The notes: a model not told the origin generated them from the letters alone. Positions 40,512-49,530 are shown, numbered from the stretch's first letter. The stretch is DNA of 64,000 nt from an uncultured Comamonadaceae bacterium (GCA_964428835.1 CAYRZQ010000021.1:135-64134); one strand, 5' to 3'. Numbers and translations: made by a program.

Positions 40512-40545
40512 AGCCCCCTCGCCACAAGGCGGGGGGGCTTTTTGC
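40512..40545 (+). terminator. rho-independent terminator of the giant gene
   Basis: agccccctcgcc-acaa-ggcgggggggct (12 bp, one G-U) followed by ttttt. Confidence 0.8.
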
Positions 40546-40582
40546 TTTAAATCCCTTAATTTTGTCACCCCAAAAAGAGAAA

Positions 40583-41179
40583 ATGGCAAAAAAACTCACC
40601 AACGTTAACATTTATAAGTTCCGAGTAATCATCGATACAGAGGAAGACGTTTTCCGTGATATCGAAATTGAGACGGACGCTACATTTGAGAGTTTTCACA
40701 CGGCAATCCTAGATGCGTTCGACTTCGAGGCAGGTGAAATGGCTAGCTTTTATATGAGTGACGACACATGGAGTAAAGGCTTGGAAATTCCATTGATGGA
40801 TATGGGTGGCGAAAAAGGCAAGAAGAATTTAAGCATGTCTGTAACCAAGCTTAATGAAATGATCACTCAGCCGAGCGAGAAGATTCTTTACGTTTATGAT
40901 TTTCTGAGAATGTGGATCTTCTATGTCGAGTTGGTTGAAATAAAGAAAGATCTACCAAGCACGATTTATCCCCGCGTGGCGATGGTTTATGGCGATGCCC
41001 CAGCCCAAGATAGCAAGGAGATGGACCTTTTCGGAGCTGAGTTTGACCAAGATGAGTTTAACGAGTTTCATGGAAATAGCTCAGAGGGTGATGACGATGA
41101 AGAGGATATGTTTGGTGAGGGCGGCGAATTTTTCGATGAGAATGATTTCGATGGCTCATACAAAACAGACGACTACTGA
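40583..41179 (+). CDS. pRiA4b ORF-3-like family protein with acidic C-terminal tail
   Basis: MAKKLTNVNIYKFRVIIDTEEDVFRDIEIETDATFESFHTAILDAFDF..YVYDFLRMWIFYVELV has the layout typical of the PRiA4_ORF3 family. The ATG at 40583 is preferred over the track start. Confidence 0.6.
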   Translation: MAKKLTNVNIYKFRVIIDTEEDVFRDIEIETDATFESFHTAILDAFDFEAGEMASFYMSDDTWSKGLEIPLMDMGGEKGKKNLSMSVTKLNEMITQPSEKILYVYDFLRMWIFYVELVEIKKDLPSTIYPRVAMVYGDAPAQDSKEMDLFGAEFDQDEFNEFHGNSSEGDDDEEDMFGEGGEFFDENDFDGSYKTDDY

Positions 41180-41243
41180 TAGAGTCGCGATTATTCCAAT
41201 TATTTAGCTTTCTACAACTATAATTAGTCTGCATCTTTACATT

Positions 41244-41738
41244 ATGAAGAAGATTTTATTTGTGTTTGTATTTGCGCTTTTCGCGCTCGCAGCGTGCAAG
41301 GAAAAGGAGCGCAAAGTGACAGCAGACTTGATTAATTTTCCTGAAAGTGCAAATGGAACAATCGAACAAGATTTGCCAGAAATTACATTCGATTCTATTG
41401 AGTACAATTTCGGCACAATCGCCATTGGAGAGAAAGTGGTTCATAAGTACAACTTCAAGAATACGGGAAGCGCGCCTTTGTTGATTGGCGATGTAAAGCC
41501 GTCTTGCGGTTGCACCACATTAAAAGATTGGCCAAAGGATCCGATAATGCCAGGGGAGAGCGGAACAATAGGAGTGGAGTTTAATTCAGAAGGTTATCCG
41601 GGAGCTATAACGAAGACAATATTGGTACACACCAATGGACTTCCGAAGGATGTTTACCTAAAATTGGTGGGTAAGGTAGAAGGGATTGATTCCAAAAAAG
41701 AAGTGAAATCACCGATAGAAATGGAGCGAACCCGCTAA
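41244..41738 (+). CDS. DUF1573 domain-containing lipoprotein
   Basis: Lipobox FALAAC, then HKYNFKNTGSAPLLIGDVKPSCGCTT..PIMPGESGTIGVEFN. It lies next to yajC, as is common in Bacteroidota. Confidence 0.8.
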   Translation: MKKILFVFVFALFALAACKEKERKVTADLINFPESANGTIEQDLPEITFDSIEYNFGTIAIGEKVVHKYNFKNTGSAPLLIGDVKPSCGCTTLKDWPKDPIMPGESGTIGVEFNSEGYPGAITKTILVHTNGLPKDVYLKLVGKVEGIDSKKEVKSPIEMERTR

Positions 41739-41787
41739 TCGAGGCGTTCAAAGGCCTATGTTTGCACCGCAAATTTTTTAAAGACAA

Positions 41788-42090
41788 ATGAATACAATTA
41801 TTTTACAAGCTCAGGGCGGCGGCATTGGTCCACTTTTGCTCATGGGTGGTATGTTTATCATCATGTATTTCTTCATGATTCGTCCGCAAATGAAGAAAAT
41901 GAAAGAAGCTAAGAAGTTTCAGGAGAATGTTCAGGTTGGCGATAAAATCGTAACCGTTGGCGGAATCCACGGGAAGATTGTGGAGATTGGCGAGAAGGAT
42001 GTCGTTATTTCTCTAGATCAAGGCAGAATGCGCATTGAGAAGGCTGCATTAAGCCCCGACAGGACCGTTTCAGAAGGCGCTCAGAAGTAA
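41788..42090 (+). CDS. yajC: preprotein translocase subunit YajC
   Basis: 100 aa with MFIIMYFFMIRPQMKKMKE and VGDKIVTVGGIHGKIVEI. Confidence 0.9.
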   Translation: MNTIILQAQGGGIGPLLLMGGMFIIMYFFMIRPQMKKMKEAKKFQENVQVGDKIVTVGGIHGKIVEIGEKDVVISLDQGRMRIEKAALSPDRTVSEGAQK

Positions 42091-42177
42091 GTTGACGCCT
42101 CTCATAGGCTCCGATGATGCTCGTCATCTTTAGTGTCTGTGTTTCTTTGGACGTTTGTGATATAAAATCATAAAACC

Positions 42178-42567
42178 ATGGCAACACAGACACTTTATCA
42201 CATTTCTCACGTAAGCAACGAACATAGCGATTGGATGCGTGCTTGTGAGTTCTATATTCAAGAGATTCAAATTCTTGAAAATCGCCTTTCAGAGGTATCC
42301 CAGCGCTACACCAGAGATGATGTGAAAGCGGATGTGGAGCATTATCAAAATCAATTTATCATTCAACGTGGGAATTTCGAGGATTTGATCAAGGATATCA
42401 AAACGCACGAAATTCACATGGGTAATGATGCTGAAAAGAAAGCACTTCATTTATCCAACACTACCCTCGCCGAGCATGATGTAATGCGCGAGCGCTTCCA
42501 GCACATGGAAAAATTCATCAACAACTTACGTCACGATTATAATAAGTTTCTTTCGAGGTACATGTAA
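42178..42567 (+). CDS. hypothetical helical protein
   Basis: 129-aa ORF with clean start context and coiled/helical composition. No family recognised. Confidence 0.5.
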   Translation: MATQTLYHISHVSNEHSDWMRACEFYIQEIQILENRLSEVSQRYTRDDVKADVEHYQNQFIIQRGNFEDLIKDIKTHEIHMGNDAEKKALHLSNTTLAEHDVMRERFQHMEKFINNLRHDYNKFLSRYM

Positions 42568-42568
42568 A

Positions 42569-42637
42569 GGGAGAAGGAGTAGGAGAAGGAGTAGGAGAAG
42601 GAGTAGGAATAGGGGATAGGAAATAGGGGATAGGGAA
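42569..42637 (+). repeat. C-free purine-rich simple-sequence tract: 3 x GGAGAAGGAGTA followed by about 2.2 x AATAGGGGATAGGR
   Basis: Three perfect 12-mers at 42569-42604, then a 14-mer-like repeat to 42637. There is no C between 42562 and 42637. Confidence 0.9.
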
Positions 42638-42673
42638 TCTCAAATTCCAACCTCTAGTCTTTACCTTCGCGGG

Positions 42674-43267
42674 ATGATGGCAAAAGAAAAAAATATCCTC
42701 ATCATCAACGGTTCTCTTAGAGGGGAAAATGGAGATGGGTATCGGTTGGCGATGAAGGCGCTGGAGTATGCAAAGAAGCATGAAGGGATTGAAGTGTCGA
42801 TATACTCACTCACGGCGCCGAAGAGCACAACGAAAGAATTGTACGAACTCTTGGAAAGCGCGGATGGATTCGTAGTGATATCAGGCACGTATTGGAATAA
42901 TATCAGTTCGCTCCTTCAGCGTTTTGCAGAAGTTTGTACCGCGTTTGAAAATTCGCCCGCGTTTTTTGGAAAACCTGTCGCCGCGCTCGTCACGATGGAT
43001 TCGGTGGGTGGGGTAGAGGTGGCGAATAAAATTCATCACATCTTTCAAGGTCTTGGCTGTTGGTCGCCACCTTGCAGCTCCGTTGTTATTTCCCGAATCG
43101 GCGAAAAAGCCGTACAAGATTCTATCGCCAATAATTCTGACGAAAACGACGACGTCTGGCGCATCGAAGACATCGAAATCACCATTCAAAATCTCATCAC
43201 CGCCACCACTTTCCCCCGCACAGAGTGGAAGTGTTGGGCGTTTAAGATACTAGATATTAGCGACTAG
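42674..43267 (+). CDS. NAD(P)H-dependent FMN reductase / flavodoxin-like fold oxidoreductase
   Basis: 197 aa with NILIINGSLRGENG and GFVVISGTYWNNISSLLQRF. Confidence 0.7.
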   Translation: MMAKEKNILIINGSLRGENGDGYRLAMKALEYAKKHEGIEVSIYSLTAPKSTTKELYELLESADGFVVISGTYWNNISSLLQRFAEVCTAFENSPAFFGKPVAALVTMDSVGGVEVANKIHHIFQGLGCWSPPCSSVVISRIGEKAVQDSIANNSDENDDVWRIEDIEITIQNLITATTFPRTEWKCWAFKILDISD

Positions 43268-43335
43268 CGACGGAGCGACGGAGTTACTGAGGGACAGAGT
43301 TACTGAGGGACAGAGTTACTGTGGGACGGAGGGAC
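43259..43335 (+). repeat. simple-repeat block: AGCGAC / G[CG]GACGGA octamer units plus 3 x 16-mer TTACTGAGGGACAGAG
   Basis: gcgacgga at 43267 and 43275. 16-mers at 43284, 43300 and 43316 (the third is a variant). gggacgga-gggac at 43323-43335. The block overlaps the stop codon of the reductase gene. Confidence 0.9.
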
Positions 43336-43542
43336 TTCCTCTTATTCCTATTAAAATTGCTTATTCGGTATCTGCTGTGATGAGTAATTTAATTTCAATG
43401 TTTCAGTGCAAAAATTCCTTATTAACTTTGATAAATACCTGCCGAGATCGGAATGGGTCAAGTGCAAATTTCGAAAAAAAAGTAGGGATTATAAAGTTAG
43501 ATTTTTAAATATGAAAAACAATTATAATAAACTACTTTCATT

Positions 43543-44556
43543 TTGAGAAATAGGATTAATACTCGCAAAGAAGAGTTCCAATTGTCATTACTGTTTTTAT
43601 TTTTTGTGTTAATCGCCGTTGGTGGGATTTTTATATATCGCAGTAGTATCATCGATAATTCGATTCTAGAGTATGAAGTTTTAAGTCATTATAAGAATTC
43701 CGGAAGAACAACTAGTTCTGTTATGGAGATCAAATACAATGGCATAATTAAGGATATTTCGATATCTAAAGATTCATTCGAAAGTCTAGACCGTGGTATA
43801 ATTCCTCTGGTCTTCTATAATTCTGAATTTGATGCCCCATTCAACTTTTTACATATTATCCTTTTCACAAAATTCCTAGGAGGTATTTTTATAATAGCTG
43901 GTTTTGTTGGAGTCATATTCCTACTGATTGATTGGCGCGTCAAATCAAAAATGAAAAAAGTATTTATGATCAGCTCGGTTTTATTATGTGGGCTAATGGG
44001 TAGTTATTTTATTTCATTTGAAAGTAAGAAGATTCAAACTCGAACCTTTGCCTTCAGCTCAGAGAACGCAACTACATTGTTCAGTTCTTTTGAAGAGGAT
44101 TCTATAGTCCATTGGAAAAAAAATATACTACCAGCAACTTATCAGTATGAGGGCATGTATCAATCTGTTCATTATCCCGATTTCTTTTTGGGAGACCGTA
44201 CATTTTTAGCTGAAATAATCGATAAAAACGAAAATAATTCAACTGGTCCTAAAAGAATATTCTACGGTAGTATTTCAGCATTCGTTGGAAATAAAACAAT
44301 TGAACTTGATCCAAAACAGATCGTAGATATTTCAATAATTGATGATTCGGTACAAAGGCGCACGAGGTGCTCTGGGGGATTTTTTTGCGTAGAGTTACCA
44401 GTTTCTAAGTCTGTCGATATTTTGTTCAATTTAGAGGGATATAAAACGAAACAAGTTAGATTGTTCTTTTCGGATAGTACAAATATCAACCTTGTCACAG
44501 CTAATTGTATTTTTAATGAAGGCGAAGGGTTCGAGAAAGTTTTACTAGATTTTTAG
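43543..44556 (+). CDS. hypothetical membrane protein in an AT-rich insert
   Basis: 337-aa ORF with a TTG start and about three TM segments. An internal MKKVFMISSVLLCG could be an alternative signal-peptide start. No family recognised. Confidence 0.4.
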   Translation: MRNRINTRKEEFQLSLLFLFFVLIAVGGIFIYRSSIIDNSILEYEVLSHYKNSGRTTSSVMEIKYNGIIKDISISKDSFESLDRGIIPLVFYNSEFDAPFNFLHIILFTKFLGGIFIIAGFVGVIFLLIDWRVKSKMKKVFMISSVLLCGLMGSYFISFESKKIQTRTFAFSSENATTLFSSFEEDSIVHWKKNILPATYQYEGMYQSVHYPDFFLGDRTFLAEIIDKNENNSTGPKRIFYGSISAFVGNKTIELDPKQIVDISIIDDSVQRRTRCSGGFFCVELPVSKSVDILFNLEGYKTKQVRLFFSDSTNINLVTANCIFNEGEGFEKVLLDF

Positions 44557-44799
44557 GTGTTTAAAAGTTTGAGTTGTTTGACTAGCTTGTAATAGCTTGT
44601 TCGTGGTTTTCTGTTTTCTCCGCGTTAGGGATTGAAGCGGAAATCCTTTTTTGAGCGAAGCGAGAAAAAGATTGGAGCGGAAAGCCCGCCCCGCGCCAGC
44701 GGGGAACGCCCAAGAAAGCGACTAGATACTAGTGACTAGTAAAGTGACTAACGACTAGCGACTAACGACTAGACAGTAGTCGCTTGTCGCTTGTCGCTG

Positions 44800-44879
44800 C
44801 GTCGCTCCGTCCCTCCGTCGCTCCGTCCCTCCGTCCCTCCGTCGCTCCGTCCCTCCGTCTCTCCGTCTCTCCGTCCCTC
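44800..44879. repeat. 10 tandem copies of the octamer CGTC[G/C/T]CTC
   Basis: Parsed by hand as cgtcgctc cgtccctc cgtcgctc cgtccctc cgtccctc cgtcgctc cgtccctc cgtctctc cgtctctc cgtccctc. It is the reverse complement of the G[CG]GACGGA units at 43267-43335. Confidence 0.9.
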
Positions 44880-44884
44880 TGTTT

Positions 44885-46870
44885 CTACTTCGTCACCACA
44901 AGCCTCAGCACTTTTTGGTGCGTGGCGGCTATTATGCGGATGTAATAGACGCCGGCGGCGAGGGAGGCGGAATTCATCTGTAAAGAAAAATTACTATCAG
45001 GACTGTGATCGCGATGGGTGAACAGTAGTTGACCGCCTTCACTATACATTTCAATTTCTAGGTTTTCACCTGATAATCCTCCTACACTCACGGTAAAGGC
45101 GCCGCGCGTAGGATTCGGAAATACGCTCGCTTCAATTTCCAATGTTTTGGTATAACAAGGTTCTTCCAGTGATAGTGGTACGGCAGAACCTGTGCTGTCG
45201 GCAGCGTTTGTGATTTCTGTTGGTTGGGTATTGTTTAGTGTTGTGTCGTTGCTATCGACAATCGGTAGCCATGTATGTTCGTCTTCTGCGCTCAAACAGG
45301 CCATCAAGGGTTTGATGGTTTGTACATTTTCCTTTTCACGATTTTCTTGATTGGCGAGCACTTCCGGTTCTTTTTCTTCAATGATCAAGGTGGCGCCGTA
45401 TATCACGGCTGCGCGGCCGTAGTCGCGATTGTTGAGTTTGATTTTATTTTTTTTATTTAATAATTCATTCTTCTTTCCAGCATAGTGCGATGCTCCGCAA
45501 AAGTTTTTTCCATTCACGTCTTGCGCTGTTGGCGTAAAGAAATAATCGGAGTCTCCCATCTTGGCGAGGTATTTTATTTCGGTTTTATCCCAATGCATAC
45601 GCATCGGTAGTGGGTTGTGATATCCAGCATATATGCTTTTATCTTCAATCTGCAACGTGTCATTGTATGAACCTGTCATCACGATCATATCATTTGCTGC
45701 GAGGTCAATATACATGGGCAGTATGTTATAAGCATTGCGAGGATGCACATAGGTATAGCGATAGTCCATTTCACCATTAGAAAATATTTTGAAGAATGTA
45801 AAGTCAGTTCCGTATTTCCCGTAGAGCTCGGTGTTGATCTGCACCTCCATTCCTTTGCTCACAAAACATTCCTTATCATAACTCACAAGGGCAACGATGT
45901 TGTTGTTTTTATCAATGTCAATGTCACGAATCCATTGTGTGCTGCGGCCTCCAATGTGTTGGTACCACTCTAATTTTCCATCTGGATCGAACTTAGCGAG
46001 ATAGCTATCAATGCTACTTTTTGAAATGTCTGAAGTGATGGAATCTTGTTTTCCGAATTGATAACTGCCGTACATGGTGCCATGTAAGATGTAGTGATCG
46101 GCATTGTCAAATTTACCTCCGAAGCGGTGGATGTAGGAAGAGGTGCGGATGTAGGACAATTCAATGACGCCAAGTACTTCGCCTTTTTTATTCAATTTCA
46201 AAACGCCTTGTTTCGAATCGTGAATGCTTGTTCGAATAAAAGGAGAAATTACTTTTCCATTTTCATCCTTCAAATCATAATTGTGGTGAAATGGAATGTA
46301 AATGTCTTCTTTTGAATTACAGGCGACACCCAATCCGCTCGCCCACGAAGAACCGAATTTTTTATTCCAAAGCAATTCTCCTTTCGGATTGTAGCAGGCG
46401 ACGATGATGCCAGAAGGTTCTGCATAATTGTTTTTATTAATCAGTTCACCCGATTCCCCGGCCTTTGAATTTGATTCGAATTTAACTACTCCGTCGCCGT
46501 GGCCGGTGATATAGACATTGCCGCTCGGTCCCACTTCCACGGCAGTCAGTCGGCAATCTTTGGTGCTCATCACAGAATGTGCCCATTCAGGTTTTCCTGC
46601 TGGTGAAACTTTTAGAATGGCGCCACTGATATAGGGCGAATAAGGAAACTTTTTCTTTAAACCCTGAATGTCAAGATCTGCGGTATAGGTGAGGGTATAG
46701 TAGCTATTGCCATCTTTATCCACCACACAAGCCGTCACCTCCGCATCATTGAATCCATCGATGTGAATGCTCCAGTTGATGAAATGTTCGTCTTGGGCGT
46801 CAACGCTCAAAAACCTTAGATTGAACAATACTAGAAGTGCAATGAAACGAGTGGAGTGGAATATTGTCAT
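44885..46870 (-). CDS. T9SS C-terminal-sorting-domain protein, beta-propeller-like (SBBP-like repeats)
   Basis: Signal MTIFHSTRFIALLVLFNLRFLSVDAQ (the track ORF starts 10 codons earlier). It has recurring GNVYITG / EDIYIPF type strands. CTD: SVFPNPTRGAFTVSV...AGVYYIRIIA. Confidence 0.65.
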   Translation of the reverse strand: MTIFHSTRFIALLVLFNLRFLSVDAQDEHFINWSIHIDGFNDAEVTACVVDKDGNSYYTLTYTADLDIQGLKKKFPYSPYISGAILKVSPAGKPEWAHSVMSTKDCRLTAVEVGPSGNVYITGHGDGVVKFESNSKAGESGELINKNNYAEPSGIIVACYNPKGELLWNKKFGSSWASGLGVACNSKEDIYIPFHHNYDLKDENGKVISPFIRTSIHDSKQGVLKLNKKGEVLGVIELSYIRTSSYIHRFGGKFDNADHYILHGTMYGSYQFGKQDSITSDISKSSIDSYLAKFDPDGKLEWYQHIGGRSTQWIRDIDIDKNNNIVALVSYDKECFVSKGMEVQINTELYGKYGTDFTFFKIFSNGEMDYRYTYVHPRNAYNILPMYIDLAANDMIVMTGSYNDTLQIEDKSIYAGYHNPLPMRMHWDKTEIKYLAKMGDSDYFFTPTAQDVNGKNFCGASHYAGKKNELLNKKNKIKLNNRDYGRAAVIYGATLIIEEKEPEVLANQENREKENVQTIKPLMACLSAEDEHTWLPIVDSNDTTLNNTQPTEITNAADSTGSAVPLSLEEPCYTKTLEIEASVFPNPTRGAFTVSVGGLSGENLEIEMYSEGGQLLFTHRDHSPDSNFSLQMNSASLAAGVYYIRIIAATHQKVLRLVVTK

Positions 46871-46908
46871 AGGTTCTTTGGTGGTTGTATTAGGAAGCAC
46901 TTACCTTT

Positions 46909-47964
46909 CTAAAGTATAAATTTCTCAAAATTCTCGCCATTAAATCGATACACCCCATTCTCGTGAGTGCCGAGCCAAAGACTTCCTGTGTTGTCCTTGT
47001 AAATGCTGAATAACGTTATATCTTTTGAATTATCCTTTACTCTAAAGTTTGTGATTTTTTCCCCATCATATTTCCAAACTCCATTACGATAGGTGACAAA
47101 CCATAAATTATTCTCGTTATCTCTCACGGTAGAAAGAAATTCTTTCAAGCCGCTTGTGTTTTTGCCATCTAAACTTCCGATGCTTTCATGTCTTGTATAG
47201 AACTTGCTGCTTTTTAGTGTTTCACTATCATAGATGCTGTATCGATTTTCGGTATTAAACCAGAAGTCTCCGTTTTTGTCTTCTGTGATCGAACGCACAC
47301 CATTGGCGCCTTCGTTGCGGAATTCTGTCACGTCTTCTTCAGTGATCCAGTTAAATGATACTCCATCAAAGCGGCACACACCGACGGGATTAGTGCCAAA
47401 CCAGATATTACCTTTTTTGTCACGATAAATACTATAAATTTCGAATGGCATGTCGAGTCCAGACGGCTTGGGAATTATCAATTCATAGAGCTTGTTTCCA
47501 TCAAAACGATACACCTTTTGATTGGCTTGAAAGGGATTTTTAAGCCATACATCGTCTGTTTCAAGTTTCCAGTCTTTGCTTGGGCTTGCGATGATAGAAG
47601 TGAAGGACTTGCCATCAAATTTCGTGATGGTAGAATTTTCATTCATGCCGGCAATATAGAGATTACCGAATTTATCTTCTTGTATGTCGTCGATTCTATT
47701 CGTGTACAATCCGTGCTGCGTTGTGTAATGAATCAGAGTCTTCCCATCATATTTGTAAAGTCCGTCTTGCCAACTTCCAAACCAATAATTGTTTTTTTTA
47801 TCCTGATGAATGATCATGATGTTATTACTTAACTGAGTCACGGTATCGCCAACAGGAATTTGTTCTGCTTCGACAGCGGATTTAACCGCCTGGGCATTGG
47901 GTTGGCCATTGCAGGAGGTTAAGGTTGTGATGACGCTTATAAGTAGGATGTAGTGGAGGTTCAT
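46909..47964 (-). CDS. stand-alone two-component-regulator-propeller (Reg_prop) lipoprotein
   Basis: Lipobox TTLTSC. It has repeats NNYWFGSWQDGLYKYDG, GNIWFGTNPVGVCRFDG, NNLWFVTYRNGVWKYDG and GSLWLGTHENGVYRFNG. No kinase or receiver part is present. Confidence 0.75.
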   Translation of the reverse strand: MNLHYILLISVITTLTSCNGQPNAQAVKSAVEAEQIPVGDTVTQLSNNIMIIHQDKKNNYWFGSWQDGLYKYDGKTLIHYTTQHGLYTNRIDDIQEDKFGNLYIAGMNENSTITKFDGKSFTSIIASPSKDWKLETDDVWLKNPFQANQKVYRFDGNKLYELIIPKPSGLDMPFEIYSIYRDKKGNIWFGTNPVGVCRFDGVSFNWITEEDVTEFRNEGANGVRSITEDKNGDFWFNTENRYSIYDSETLKSSKFYTRHESIGSLDGKNTSGLKEFLSTVRDNENNLWFVTYRNGVWKYDGEKITNFRVKDNSKDITLFSIYKDNTGSLWLGTHENGVYRFNGENFEKFIL

Positions 47965-48022
47965 TTTTTAAATTATTTACGTTAAATTTCCAAAGCGTCT
48001 TGTGTTATTGTACTCGGCGATT

Positions 48023-49096
48023 TTACCATGGTCCATCTTTGGTAATATTCAATATTTCGCCATTCTCATAGCGGTAAGCACCGCCCCAACCCACAAACCA
48101 AATACGCCCAGATCTATCGAGGTAGATTTGATATGCAAGTGGTCCATAGTTTCCCTCTGAAATTCTATGTTCAATAAGTTTGTTTTCACTTAAATGATAA
48201 ATGCTTCTGTCGCTATTAAACCAAATGTCTCCGTATGGTGTTTCAGTAATATTACTCACTCCTTTACTTTCTTCAAGTAGATTGATTGAGATATCAGTCA
48301 GAAGACCATCTTTGTAAGTGTAAAGTCCTTTTGACGTACAAATCATAAATTCTCCTTTCTGATTTTCTATTACCTTACCTACAAAACTTGTTTTGAATCC
48401 ATCCTTTTCAGTGATAGGTATTAATTCGTTATTATCTTTAATAATAATGCCTGAGTTTGTGCTGAACCAGATGCGTCCTTTACTGTCTTCTAATATATTA
48501 TGAATCATTTTGGTGCTAGAGACGCCTACTGTTGTATCAATTTCACCTTCTGGCAGTTCAATATAAGTAAAGCTCTTGCCATCAAATTTGCTGACTCCTT
48601 TAATAGTGCCTACCCAGATATTTCCTTTTGAATCGGGCGTAAGATGCCAGACATCGTCACTGATTAATCCATCCGATTCGTCTAAACAGATTATCTTTTC
48701 TCCATCTAAGTAACTGATTCCATTAGTATGTCCAAACCATATTTTACCGTTAATGTCCTCTCTAATCGCACGCACAACCACATTCCCACCTGATTTACTT
48801 TGCAACTCATCAATACGAATCAATGAGTCCTTCACAAGTTTAAATGTGGCGCCATGAGTACCAAACCAATAATTGTTTTTCGAATCTTGGAACATTACTC
48901 TGACCGTTTCGGCTATTTGATTTGTAAAATTGGGAAAGATCATTGGCTCAAGAGACCCTTGAGTTTTTTGTTGTGTATTTTCCGATGATTTTACTTCATT
49001 GTTAGTCTTTGTATTATTTGCTTGCGCATTGCAAAAATGCGTAGTGTAAATAAGGAAAACGGAAGTCAGGATTTTGATATAGATTCTAAGGCACAT
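48023..49096 (-). CDS. stand-alone Reg_prop beta-propeller protein (paralogue of the previous gene)
   Basis: Signal peptide followed by NNYWFGTHGATFKL, GKIWFGHTNGISYLDG, GNIWVGTIKGVSKFDG, GRIWFSTNSGIII and GRIWFVGWGGAYRYENG. Confidence 0.75.
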   Translation of the reverse strand: MCLRIYIKILTSVFLIYTTHFCNAQANNTKTNNEVKSSENTQQKTQGSLEPMIFPNFTNQIAETVRVMFQDSKNNYWFGTHGATFKLVKDSLIRIDELQSKSGGNVVVRAIREDINGKIWFGHTNGISYLDGEKIICLDESDGLISDDVWHLTPDSKGNIWVGTIKGVSKFDGKSFTYIELPEGEIDTTVGVSSTKMIHNILEDSKGRIWFSTNSGIIIKDNNELIPITEKDGFKTSFVGKVIENQKGEFMICTSKGLYTYKDGLLTDISINLLEESKGVSNITETPYGDIWFNSDRSIYHLSENKLIEHRISEGNYGPLAYQIYLDRSGRIWFVGWGGAYRYENGEILNITKDGPW

Positions 49097-49287
49097 AGGT
49101 GTATTGGGTTTTATTTCATACTTGACGCGCCTGACTTCTCAGTGGCTTTATTTATCGAATTTCCTACTCTTTTTGACAAGTACAGTTCAATGGTACGATA
49201 AGTTTATTAAGGCATTCTGCACAATAACATATGTTTAAGAGATGGTTCTGTTTTGGACAGCGAAGGTTCATTTTCTTTGGTATCACA

Positions 49288-49530
49288 TCAACGTGACTTC
49301 AAGTATTGTTCGGCTGTAAGTACTGAAATATTTGCCTTTTTGTAGTCTTTTAAATTTCTTGTCAATAAAGTTGTGATTTTGTGCTCCAATGCGGTGAAGT
49401 ATTGGAGTGCATCTTCAAAATCATTGAAATCGGAGTTTAGTGCTAGTTCTACAGATTTATCACTGACGCTTAATACAGTTACGAGCGCTTTAAAAGTGAT
49501 TTCAATAATGGAAAGGACTTCTTTGCGAAG
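49288..49530 (-). pseudogene. 5'-truncated PIN-domain (VapC-like) toxin gene remnant
   Basis: My own translation gives ...EVLSIIEITFKALVTVLSVSDKSVELALNSDFNDFEDALQYFTALEHKITTLLTRNLKDYKKANISVLTAEQYLKSR*. This matches the C-terminal two thirds of small Bacteroidota PIN proteins (DFEDALQY..ITRN.KD[FY]KK). There is no start codon, an in-frame stop lies at 49546-49548, and the N-terminal catalytic Asp region is missing. Confidence 0.5.

Noticed and set aside
42605-42634. G-tracts (GGGG..GGGG..GGG) in the purine-rich spacer considered as a G-quadruplex.
   Set aside because: There are only three runs of three or more G with suitable loops. A fourth run is missing or too distant.
42518-42781. 87-aa minus-strand ORF containing PIPTPSPTPSPTPSP.
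   Set aside because: It is an artefact of reading the 12-mer microsatellite on the opposite strand, and it overlaps both flanking genes.
42569-44879. Short-repeat arrays considered as a CRISPR array.
   Set aside because: The units are 8-16 bp and directly abutting with no unique spacers, and there are no cas genes. They are microsatellite-type arrays.
44791-45021. 76-aa ORF translating to SLRPSVPPSLRPSVPPSLRPS...
   Set aside because: The periodic peptide is simply the octamer array (24-nt phase) read through. The rest overlaps the 3' end of the convergent T9SS gene.
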